NCBI GenBank assembly: GCA_965203315.1
Contig: OZ241857.1
Span: forward strand, 288,001-352,000
Source: Nitrosopumilus sp.
Lineage (GTDB): Archaea > Thermoproteota > Nitrososphaeria > Nitrososphaerales > Nitrosopumilaceae
Length of the DNA stretch: 64,000 bases
Direction of reading: 5' to 3'
The position numbers and the translations under genes were made by a program. Of this stretch, positions 36,123 to 45,402 are shown piece by piece. Every line of letters begins with the position of its first letter. The first letter of the stretch is position 1. The notes under the pieces were generated by a model that had not been told where the DNA came from, did not search any database, and saw only the letters and a program-made list of their open reading frames with translations.

Positions 36123-36570
36123 TAAAATTCGACATTTTCGAATAAATGACTACGTGCCTAAATCGGATGTATGTGGAGGGGGGTTTAGCTCTTAGGCACG
36201 ATTGCGTAAATTTGCGATTTTGGTGTCCTGTGAGCTCTGCAACATGTGAGACAAAAGACCGCTGGACAAAAAACTAGAAAATCTACACTCTTGCCTCTTG
36301 AACATCAAATTTACAATATTCAACACATCCTCTACAACACTATCCTACCGTTTTTTGACAATTAATGCCATTGTACCCACTCTCTCCACTATTGCAAAGA
36401 TCTTGCTTCTCAACCCCTGATATGACAACTTTAGAGATACAAGCCTAGTCTTAGACATGGCTCTGGCTGGTAAAAGTAGCATTTAGCATAGACTGCCCAA
36501 TCTCCATTTTGGAGGCTATTCTTGATCTGATATCTTGCCGTAATTACGAAAAGCAGATTAAATGAAAGAT

Positions 36571-36650
36571 GTAGGTCTCTTCCACATCAGCTCGTGGATA
36601 GCCATCTGGACAACTCCCGATGAAGCCCACAAGGTTCGGATATGACCTAC
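36571..36650 (-). ncRNA. Candidate structured ncRNA, copy 1 (DUF3800-associated)
   Basis: Closing stem GTAGGTC/GACCTAC; hairpins TCCAC-N8-GTGGA and CATC-TGGA-N4-TCCC-GATG; TTATATAA at 36672-36679; covaries with copy 2. Confidence 0.65.
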
Positions 36651-36998
36651 TAACATAGTTGGGCTGTATTATTATATAATCTTTAACTCATGTAAGATAT
36701 CGAGTTGATTCTTGGCAAATACACGAAAACAAGTGCTAATACTATACTCACATGTTGTAATGACGACTTGATATCACCCCTTGTACATAATATCTAAGAT
36801 CGTACTAGTATCTTGTGGTTTGATTGAACTCTTGAGCACTAGATCGATACTGCCTTCTGCTAAAACTATGTGCTGTGCTAATCAGAGTACGGCATCTATT
36901 TCTTACTATTTATTAGTCAACATGCTAAATGATCTAATGAGTATGAACAGGTACGTGTTGCTACTAACTACACCACTAAAATTTTGGATGTCAGCATC

Positions 36999-37583
36999 AT
37001 GATATGCGCTGGAATGGACGTTTCAGGCAAATCACAAATTGGTCACTATGTCTACATGTCGATTGTACTTGGCGTTAATGACTCTATCAATCAACTAGCA
37101 AACCGACTTGGATACAAACACATCCATATGCGCTCCATTAAAAATAAGAGAGAAAAGTTAGACATTATCTCAAAAATGAATTTTAACAATATGGATTTTC
37201 TAGTACTTTGTATCCGAATGGATCGAGATGTCATTATTAATGAGTTTACAAACTCCAAGAAAAATTGGTCTAGGTTCTCTGAAAGTAAACTTGTTCGCAT
37301 TTTTAACTGTCAATTATTTAAACTAGTCCGTAAGGATATTGAATCTTTTTTATCCAGACATCGATCTGGACTATCTGAGATAGTCTTTCAAACTGATGTT
37401 GATTGTAGAGATTTTGCAAAAAATAATGGGTTGCGTTATGCTGATCCAAATAAAGCTCACATGCTTGCTGATATCGTAGCATTTGCAAATAATATATCTG
37501 AAGACATAGGGTGTGCCAAAGACCTAGATTTGAGAGACCCAATTCGCGAATCTATGAAAAAACAACTGAAACGAAAGATGTAG
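36999..37583 (+). CDS. DUF3800-like RNase H-fold protein
   Basis: N-terminal GMDVSG, central HIHM and C-terminal MLADIVA resemble the DxSG / H / (Q)LADxxA pattern of DUF3800. Confidence 0.7.
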   Translation: MICAGMDVSGKSQIGHYVYMSIVLGVNDSINQLANRLGYKHIHMRSIKNKREKLDIISKMNFNNMDFLVLCIRMDRDVIINEFTNSKKNWSRFSESKLVRIFNCQLFKLVRKDIESFLSRHRSGLSEIVFQTDVDCRDFAKNNGLRYADPNKAHMLADIVAFANNISEDIGCAKDLDLRDPIRESMKKQLKRKM

Positions 37584-37660
37584 ATCTCTTCCACATCAGC
37601 TCGTGGATAGCTATCTGGAATCACTCCCGATAAAGCCCACAAGGTTCGGATATGATCTAC
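37580..37660 (-). ncRNA. Candidate structured ncRNA, copy 2, overlapping the DUF3800 stop codon
   Basis: Closing stem GTAGATC/GATCTAC; hairpins TCCAC-N8-GTGGA and TATC-TGGA-N5-TCCC-GATA; TTATATAA at 37683-37690. Confidence 0.7.
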
Positions 37661-37926
37661 TGATGTAGGCTAGACCCTATTATTATATAAACCTTATGTA
37701 AGATATTGAGTTGATTCTTGACAAGCGCAGGAAAACAAGTGCTAACACTATACTCACATCTGTTGTAATGACGACTTGATATCATATTATGATATGTAAC
37801 CGTCGACACACATATATGATAAAATACTACAGAATTTTTCATAGAAAAATTCTGTATCGCATAGTATTCACCACAAGCATACTTGCAACTTTTAAGCAGT
37901 ATCGATATGTCCAAAAAATCACTATC

Positions 37927-38367
37927 TTAGAATGTCTTTAGCATAAATCTTGTGACCTTTTCATGCATCTTTGATGCGTCATCCATTGCATCAAACACGC
38001 TTTGCTGATTGATATCGTCTGGTTTGTCTAGCACAACATAGATTCCTATTCTATATCTGCCATTCTCCATCGTGTTGCGATTTATAGCTCTAATGGTCTT
38101 GCAATATTCTGTAATCTTGGTCTCGAACAACTCTTTCTCCTCTTTACTAAACGCCAAATATCGAGCATTCTGATTGTTGTTCATGGTTACTTTTGCCCCG
38201 ATCACTAATACTCCTGGCTGTCTCTTTGGCTCAAATATCTCAAACTGCATTCCAAACTCGTCTGCATACTTTATCTTGAAGTGAAAAGAGTTTGTATCGT
38301 TCTTGTTCTCTGTAAACGTTAGGCTTTTGTGAGTTAGCCACCGTTCTATATCGTCTCGCAGTTTCAT
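37927..38367 (-). CDS. Conserved hypothetical protein (DUF2299-like)
   Basis: IERWL start and overall pattern of the archaeal DUF2299 family. Confidence 0.6.
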   Translation of the reverse strand: MKLRDDIERWLTHKSLTFTENKNDTNSFHFKIKYADEFGMQFEIFEPKRQPGVLVIGAKVTMNNNQNARYLAFSKEEKELFETKITEYCKTIRAINRNTMENGRYRIGIYVVLDKPDDINQQSVFDAMDDASKMHEKVTRFMLKTF

Positions 38368-38469
38368 AATGCGAGTAATCCGACCATACTATATTATTCT
38401 AAATTTATGGTCTATGTTAGAGATGTTTCTAAATTCGAATTTAGCAATATTGTATATTTAGTACAATTC

Positions 38470-38925
38470 TCAAAAGTTGATGCTAAAAGTATCTTGTATG
38501 GCTGTCGATGTTAGCAATGTGATATTGGCCACCAAAGATATTCCTAACAGTATCAGTCCGATGTATAGGCAGTTTTTTGCTTTTTTTGGATCATCATGTC
38601 GTATTGCAAAGTAGACTATGATTCCGCCAATTATCCCAAAGAATATGGGTACTAGATACCACAAAGCGCTTCGAGGCTTTGGAGACACCCCTTGTCTATC
38701 GCCTGTATAGTAAATGTAATGATCATACTGCTGTCTCTTCTCAGCATCAGACAAGATCTCATAAGCGTCACTGATCTCTTTAAAACGTTCAGTAGCATCT
38801 GGAGATCTGTTGTGATCAGGATGTAACTCTAGTGCAAGTTTTCGATACTTTTTTGTTATCTCTTCTACAGACGCATATCTGGACACGCCTAAAATCTCAT
38901 AATAGTTACGTTCTCTATGCAACAT
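38470..38925 (-). CDS. J-domain (DnaJ-like) membrane protein
   Basis: NYYEILGV...LHPD...[14 protein letters not shown]-domain plus two TM helices. Confidence 0.9.
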   Translation of the reverse strand: MLHRERNYYEILGVSRYASVEEITKKYRKLALELHPDHNRSPDATERFKEISDAYEILSDAEKRQQYDHYIYYTGDRQGVSPKPRSALWYLVPIFFGIIGGIIVYFAIRHDDPKKAKNCLYIGLILLGISLVANITLLTSTAIQDTFSINF

Positions 38926-39082
38926 GGATGTATTTGATAGACTAGTATAAATGGCATATCTTTTACTGCTGTCTCTTCGTCTCGTTGATTGTATGTTGCT
39001 GGAATCGTCTATCGATAACGTGTTTTTGATTGACTATTTGCACCTGATCGCCATCTTTTGTGCTATACGTCTGACTCTTAAA

Positions 39083-39325
39083 TCACTTTACGATCTTTTT
39101 TTGTAACTGTGTTATCTCGATCTCGACCGTCTCTAAAGGATCCTCGACTTGATTTCTTCTTATCGCAAACATCTTTGGTTTCTCAAAATCATCTGTACAG
39201 TCTGGACATGCATACACCAGTGTTCTATACTCATTCGGTGCTTTCGGATTTGATAGTCTTGGATAGTATACCAATCTTGCGCCACAATCTACACAGTATC
39301 TGTTGGCTCTTCTAGTTCTAACCAA
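39083..39325 (-). CDS. Small zinc-ribbon protein
   Basis: CVDC...CPDC pairs. Confidence 0.65.
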   Translation of the reverse strand: MVRTRRANRYCVDCGARLVYYPRLSNPKAPNEYRTLVYACPDCTDDFEKPKMFAIRRNQVEDPLETVEIEITQLQKKIVK

Positions 39326-39521
39326 TATGCATCATCTATACTAGTATGTGGAATCAACTATTTGTTTTATGTTGTCTAATAGAATACACCAACTAGTATC
39401 TTATGCCGATGTTTCTAAATTCGAGTTTAGAAAGATTTGTAATCTTTTAGATCGTTAGATGACATACGCTTGATGGGTTGTATGTACAATGTTTCTAAAT
39501 TCGAATTTAGAAATATAGAAG

Positions 39522-39595
39522 CGCCGCCCATCAGACTTGAACTGACGATCGTCCGATTAACAGTCGGGTGCTTTACCACGCTAAGCTAGGGCGGC
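39522..39595 (-). tRNA. tRNA-Asn(GTT)
   Basis: GCCGCCC/GGGCGGC acceptor stem, CCCGA-CTGTTAA-TCGGA anticodon arm, GTCAG-TTCAAGT-CTGAT T arm; no intron and no encoded CCA. Confidence 0.96.
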
Positions 39596-39958
39596 TCTCA
39601 AGTCTCTTGGACTTTAAAACTGATTTAATCTTTGCTAAGTTGAGGTCGTGGATATTTTGAGAGACTAGTGCCTCCTAGATTTGTAGAGATATCGAGATAA
39701 TCACTAGACCGCCTCTTGGCTATTCATCTGACGGAGAGAATCTAACGTTCTCTATAATTTGTGGATGAATGAAACCAGCACGTATTGCAATTTGCATGAT
39801 TTCTGGTAAACACTACTGATCCTCTCGTCTAGACGTCACACATCTGATACCGTACATCTCTTTTGCAAACCCCAAGTCCTCTGGTCATCATGACTTTAAA
39901 ACTTGGATAATCACTCGTTCACAAAAGTCTTAAAATCTTATACACTTGTAATACTGAC

Positions 39959-41929
39959 ATGGTTGAACAAAATTCAGAGCGTACAGTAATCAAAATTCCA
40001 TTACAAGAAAGCAAAATGCTAGAGATCACAAACAAATCTGTTCTGATTTACTCTGGTGACAAAGTTCAATTGACTGTACCGATACATAATGTAAGATCTA
40101 TAGTACCATCTAAAGAATCTAGTATCTCTATACATTACACAAAAGCCGATATAGAGCCCAGCAAGCTCAACTATGAGACTAAAAGTTACAAACTTGATAA
40201 TCATCAGCTCACTCCATCAAAGTTATGTAACAAAATACTTCGAGATCTGTCAAAGCAAAAAATAATTCCAGAGAACAAAGAAGGACTATTTTACCTTCGA
40301 CCAAAAGAATACATTGAACACACATGTCCTAACGTTGGAACAGGTCGATTCAGAGGATTATTGTACGTTACAAATTTTGGACTAGTACATGAACTAGATG
40401 GAGGAATATTTGTTGATATACTATATGATCAGATCGTCTCAATTGAAAAGTATAAAAACACAATTACTATAGAGTGGGGACATCTTTTACCTGCTGACGA
40501 TAATGTCTTTTCGTTTGATCTAGTATTCCCAAAAGAGATTGATCTAGATTCGTTATATTGGTCAATTAAAAAACAATTTGCAAATCCTTTTACCAAATTT
40601 GACTTTGATTACTCAATGGGAGATGACCATTACTTGAATTTAGATCTTAAAAAGATGTACAAATTAGCTCAAAGACAAGAGCCAGATTTTTACCGATGGA
40701 TCGAAAGTTGTTCTAAATTTATTTTTGGGCCTTTTGCTCCTGAATTTACAGATGTGGAAGACAATCTTATTCTGGCATGTAAAGTGAATGATTGGGACGT
40801 TGACTTGATCTCATCTATGAATGCTGAAGAAAAGCTTCAACGTCATTTTGCTAAAAGACAGCTTAAAACCTCAAAATTTATTCAAGACAATTTAGGCAAG
40901 TATCGAGAAGAGATAGAAATTCTCAACGAGTTTAATTCAAATTCTGATAAAGTTAGAGCAAATCTAGAAAACGATAGGGAATTTTTAGAATTGTATGAAA
41001 AGTTGATGGTTATTCGTGATAGAAATCCAGAGATCATACCTGTTGAATCTTGCATTAACAAGATGCGCGCCGAGTCATTACGATATTATGATAGGCGCGT
41101 TAAAATTTTATACGATGAATGGTGCAAGAACGAGCCTTTGCAGAACTTTACAGACGAGTACGATGATGAGTGGATCAAGTATCTGTTAAAGAGATTAAAG
41201 ACAGCACGTGGACGGAAGCCTATAAGTGATATTTGTCCTGATTATGAAGAATTAACTTTGGCACTATCGTTTCGTGATGATAGACGCAAAACGCTAGAGA
41301 ATTTTTCAGCTCCAAAAAATATAAAACAAAAATACATCTACAACAACTGCTGGTACAGCAGCGAACAAAAGATGTGGTATGTTCAAGATGATTACTTGAA
41401 TGAAGAACTAAAAGATCTAGTGGACTCTGATCTATCTCAATCCGAGAAGGTAATTGGTAGAAGAGCGTGGGGCTTTCAAAAGAACAAGGTCAAAATGTTT
41501 TGCGGATTTCCAAGTGTTGTGTATAATTCTGATGAAGAAGATTATGAAGTTGAAATATTTACTAGTAGAAAGACAGGTCAGTTGATGAATAGAACATTTT
41601 ATGAAGAGATGCACCACATACTGCCAATTCTACGAGACGACGACATCACCGAAGAGATGGAAAAGAATTATGGACGACTGTCGTACGAGTCTGACGAGAT
41701 CCGATACACAATTACTCCTGCTGGATCCGCATCTAATCACTCGCCTAAAATGCAAAAGATTTCAAATCAACGATACGGTTTTGCAGATATCCCTATTAAT
41801 GAACGGGTTAGACGGGCGATATTTGGTGTTGATACTGGTCTATTCTTCAATTCTGAAGCAGAACTAGATTCAGATATAGAATATTCTACAACATATCCAG
41901 ACACACTTTATGATGAGCGATTTGAGTAA
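39959..41929 (+). CDS. Hypothetical 656-aa protein, possibly with N-terminal PH/GRAM-like domains
   Basis: Long intact ORF; GLLYVTNFGLV...DILYDQIVSIEK resembles PH-like folds. Confidence 0.6.
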   Translation: MVEQNSERTVIKIPLQESKMLEITNKSVLIYSGDKVQLTVPIHNVRSIVPSKESSISIHYTKADIEPSKLNYETKSYKLDNHQLTPSKLCNKILRDLSKQKIIPENKEGLFYLRPKEYIEHTCPNVGTGRFRGLLYVTNFGLVHELDGGIFVDILYDQIVSIEKYKNTITIEWGHLLPADDNVFSFDLVFPKEIDLDSLYWSIKKQFANPFTKFDFDYSMGDDHYLNLDLKKMYKLAQRQEPDFYRWIESCSKFIFGPFAPEFTDVEDNLILACKVNDWDVDLISSMNAEEKLQRHFAKRQLKTSKFIQDNLGKYREEIEILNEFNSNSDKVRANLENDREFLELYEKLMVIRDRNPEIIPVESCINKMRAESLRYYDRRVKILYDEWCKNEPLQNFTDEYDDEWIKYLLKRLKTARGRKPISDICPDYEELTLALSFRDDRRKTLENFSAPKNIKQKYIYNNCWYSSEQKMWYVQDDYLNEELKDLVDSDLSQSEKVIGRRAWGFQKNKVKMFCGFPSVVYNSDEEDYEVEIFTSRKTGQLMNRTFYEEMHHILPILRDDDITEEMEKNYGRLSYESDEIRYTITPAGSASNHSPKMQKISNQRYGFADIPINERVRRAIFGVDTGLFFNSEAELDSDIEYSTTYPDTLYDERFE

Positions 41930-41934
41930 TCATA

Positions 41935-42090
41935 GGAGTTCGTGCGAAAGTCGTTTTGAAGACTCTAGGCGCGCAGCAACAAAGACATTCCAAATTATAA
42001 ATTGATCTCAGGTTTGTGATCTGTGCAATTGTACGATTATACATGTAGAGTCAAAACAATGAATCATCCCTTGATATCTTACAATATCAT
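41935..42090. mobile_element. Diverged end fragment of IS element A
   Basis: GGAGTTCGTGCGAAAGTCGTTTTGAAGACTCT... matches 14468-14628. Confidence 0.8.
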
Positions 42091-42264
42091 TAGACTGTAT
42101 GCGCATTATTGAGAGTGTCCGTGCCCAATCATCAAACATGACAACAATGAATCAATTTGCCTCTAGAAATTACATCTATGTTTTATTGTACCTTAAAATA
42201 TGCGTATGATGTAAGAAATGCACATACAGTATATTAACCGCCAAAATTTTGTTGTTTTATAAGT

Positions 42265-43932
42265 AGATATCATGTATAATTCGTTATTCACATGAACGCT
42301 CTTTGTTGATTAAAATAACTTGTTGTATCGTAAATTACAGAAAAAATAACATGTACTCTGGCATTTATTCAAATTAGAAATAACAAAGACGCCGCAAAAT
42401 ACGGCACGTTAGCACAAAGTTGTACTAAATCGTACAAAATTGTACACGATTGTACACAAATACACAGAAATCAAAAGAACGTGCGCAGTCTTGGGACCAT
42501 ATTCTGTATCAAATGTGTTTTGATGTCTAAATTTTACTTTTTTGTCCGAGCTTTTTTTCTGTGTTTGTGTCTTTCTCTATGTCGACGAAACTCTTCCAAT
42601 TCTATCAAGCGTTTCGATGGTTTGTTGTTCTCCTTGTCCCATAATATATCGTGGTTGACAAGAGACGCTACTGCTGCGGTTTTGCGTTGAAACTGTGGTT
42701 TGGTACCTTCAAACTGATCATTCATGCAACCAAACTGTCTTAACATTCCAACGGAGTGTTCAACAACTATACGAATTGCCGCAATCCATTGATTGTACTC
42801 TTTTTGTTCTTGCGTGAGTTCACCATTTTTCGGTTTCTTGTATGGAACATAGACACATGAGCCCAACATATCATCGTACAGTCCTACATATGCAGCATCT
42901 CCAAATTGCTCTGGTCTTTGATGGTATGGCGTATTTGGATCTAGTAGCTTTTCCCAGTACCCTGTGAAATCTTCAAACATTGATCGTAGTATGTTTATCT
43001 CTGATGTATCGGCATAGTACACCTTACTAATACACAGAATCAATTTGTCTTGATTTGTTAGGATCACTTGACGATAGACGTGTTTCTTTGACTTGCCTGA
43101 ATAAGCTGCTGTTTCATCCTTTGATTTTTTTGGTTTGTCTATCTCTGTCTCGAATCCATCCACGAATATTCTGCCACCTCTTTCGCCTGGTACCCATCTC
43201 TTGAACTCTCTAGTTGTTTTACAACTAGCGATCTTTTCAAATATGTTCTCTACCGAAGAACTATTGGTCTCTAAAAATTTCGATACGTATGCTAGATGTC
43301 GAGATACCGTACCTTGATCTAGATCAAACAAACCTCCGATCTTCCATTGTGATAGACCACACCTCAAATACGCGATTATCATGAACAGATAATACTTGGA
43401 CATGTATCTGCACACGTTTCCTTGTGTTACAAAGATATCTGAGAACTGTGGGGTTTTATTTGGATGTTCTTCTATATACTCTACAAACCGTTTGTGTAGG
43501 TCATCAAATCGCTCTTGTGGCATCCTAACGTACGTATAGAAGAGATTTGGTTTGCTCATTATTCTGTTCCAAAACTCTAACACGTGTTGCGTATCTCGTT
43601 TATTCGTTTTACGTTGAAGTGAACACATCCACATCGATTCTTCGATCTTTTGTCTGGCATGTGCAAAGTCGAGTTTCTCTTTCAACTCTTTGATTTCGGT
43701 CTTTAATTCTTTGATTTTAGTTCTCGATTCATCACGTTCACTAGTTACTTTGGCTAGTTTTCGTTCTAACGATTGTATCTTTTTGCTTTCTGCATCAGAG
43801 CATACTGTAACACTCTTCATAATGGCTATTCTACACATTACCTATCTAAGCAACTAGGTCAGATTCTGTTTATAAGGAGGTAAACTAAATCTTACCGTTT
43901 GCGCCTGTGAAAACGAATTATACATGATATCT
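42265..43932 (-). mobile_element. IS5/ISL2-type element B (1668 bp)
   Basis: IRs AGATATCATGTATAATTCGTT / AACGAATTATACATGATATCT; 3-bp TSD AGT at 42262-42264 and 43933-43935. Confidence 0.9.
42534..43838 (-). CDS. DDE_Tnp_4 transposase of element B
   Basis: FDLDQGTVSR HTH, VDGFE, GDAAYVG, YNQWIAAIRIVVEHSVG. Confidence 0.88.
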   Translation of the reverse strand: MCRIAIMKSVTVCSDAESKKIQSLERKLAKVTSERDESRTKIKELKTEIKELKEKLDFAHARQKIEESMWMCSLQRKTNKRDTQHVLEFWNRIMSKPNLFYTYVRMPQERFDDLHKRFVEYIEEHPNKTPQFSDIFVTQGNVCRYMSKYYLFMIIAYLRCGLSQWKIGGLFDLDQGTVSRHLAYVSKFLETNSSSVENIFEKIASCKTTREFKRWVPGERGGRIFVDGFETEIDKPKKSKDETAAYSGKSKKHVYRQVILTNQDKLILCISKVYYADTSEINILRSMFEDFTGYWEKLLDPNTPYHQRPEQFGDAAYVGLYDDMLGSCVYVPYKKPKNGELTQEQKEYNQWIAAIRIVVEHSVGMLRQFGCMNDQFEGTKPQFQRKTAAVASLVNHDILWDKENNKPSKRLIELEEFRRHRERHKHRKKARTKK

Positions 43933-43935
43933 AGT

Positions 43936-44280
43936 AATTCCAAGTTCTCGTACATGTTACTGAATGAATCATTTTGTCGCTTTGCTTTTTCTATGTCAAA
44001 ATTTCGCAAAATTTCTATCATCGCATGAGTCCTTCTTCGACCTCTTGTCAAATCAGAAAATATCGTTTTAGAAATTTTTTCGGTTTTATCATAATCTATA
44101 TTTGAACCAGATATATACCAACTTTCAATCTGCTTGTTTACTATCAATACATATTTCTTAGCAATTTCATATTGTTTAGATCTCGTTTGTTGCTTTTTAT
44201 CTTCTGAATCATCATCTTTGTCTGCTAACATGATATAGTAATCACGATTTGCTTTATTATTCTTAATGTAAGAGTTAATG
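43936..44280 (-). pseudogene. Remnant of a TOPRIM-like (DUF4276/RloB-like) gene cut by IS element B
   Basis: LADKDD and IESWY motifs; the 3' end runs into the IS. Confidence 0.4.
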
Positions 44281-44611
44281 TAGTGATTTGGTTCATTAAT
44301 ATATAGTCAAGGACAAAAACAAGTTAACACTTTTTTGTTTCAAGTTGTATTGGTTGATTAGGACATATCATAATAGAACATTATTAATTTTTAGCGTTAT
44401 GTTATTTCTTTTGCTATGGAATGTGGCACATGTGCTCTCCACATTTGATTACTATGGTCAAATACTAGTGTGAACTTATTTTTGTCCTCGACTATAGTGC
44501 CGTGAATATGTTTTTTGGCATACAGCTAAATTGATTGTTTACCTACAATTCTCAGTGTGAAACGTTAGAAAAAATTTATTAATTATTAATTTTTAAACAT
44601 CACATTGATTC

Positions 44612-44990
44612 TGTCTTATACCAAAACTATTTAAATTCAGAATTTTCGTTTGCCCAGTTAGGATTCTTTCTAATTTTGGCACTAGCGCGTTTATTTTTAA
44701 ATGCCTTCAGAGGTGTTTCGCCATTATCGATATCTAGTGAGAGATAAAGTCTGTCTTTGTTATAGTAATTGATGTATGCTCTTATGCTCTCGGAATGTTT
44801 AATCTCTGATTCAAATGTTCCAAAGAATCTTTCCAGCTTGCCATTGGTCTGAGGATGATTTGCTCTTGCAAGTACTTGTTTTATGTTGCGCTTGCTTAAT
44901 TCTGCTTCAAATAATGTAAGTTTTTTACGCCCGTTCTTTGGTTTTTTAGCAGATGTAAATTGTGTTTCACGATTAGATAGTATCTGTGTT
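44612..44990 (-). pseudogene. IS481 3' remnant (second copy, without the MITE)
   Basis: Reverse complement matches ~5068-5342 plus 5601-5703, including the right IR. Confidence 0.88.
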
Positions 44991-45402
44991 GCGGTTCTTT
45001 TAATTTATCTGATGTGGCTATTGGCAGTATTGGGAAAGCCGTTTCGATCTGTGTATCGATTGAAAGAACATGTAACTCAAAATAAGTTCTGACACAGTGC
45101 ATCACTGCTATCATTCACTATACTCATTAATAAAAAACTATCTTCATAGGGTAAAAAAGGAGTTTGTTTACTACATTTTGATTCATGGAGATTTGATCAC
45201 GTTATTGATCAAAAACTTATTTTTGGTGAGATATTAAATTAAGAGATGAAACAGATTGACTTTTAATTAATCTCACTCATCTTATCTTTTAACAGATTTC
45301 AAATATTAAATCCACGCTTTACTCAAGAGTCCTTTGGAGACGATAACACACAATCGACTTGTGAATATACTTTGCAAGTCGAAAAACCACATTGTGTTTT
45401 AG

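Noticed and set aside
36571-37660. tRNA or tRNA pseudogene calls for the 80-nt elements (7-bp closing stem, GGTTCG motif)
   Set aside because: GGTTCG is not enclosed in a T-stem, and no canonical D or anticodon arm forms on either strand; kept as a non-tRNA structured RNA candidate.
41935-43932. One composite IS running from the 41935 IR to the 434-aa transposase
   Set aside because: The transposase has its own IR pair and AGT TSD (42265-43932); the 41935 sequence is a separate remnant of element A.
39522-44990. Integrated element with att sites at tRNA-Asn
   Set aside because: I found no duplicate of the tRNA 3' end and no tyrosine integrase, and the accessory DNA lies on the tRNA 5' side.
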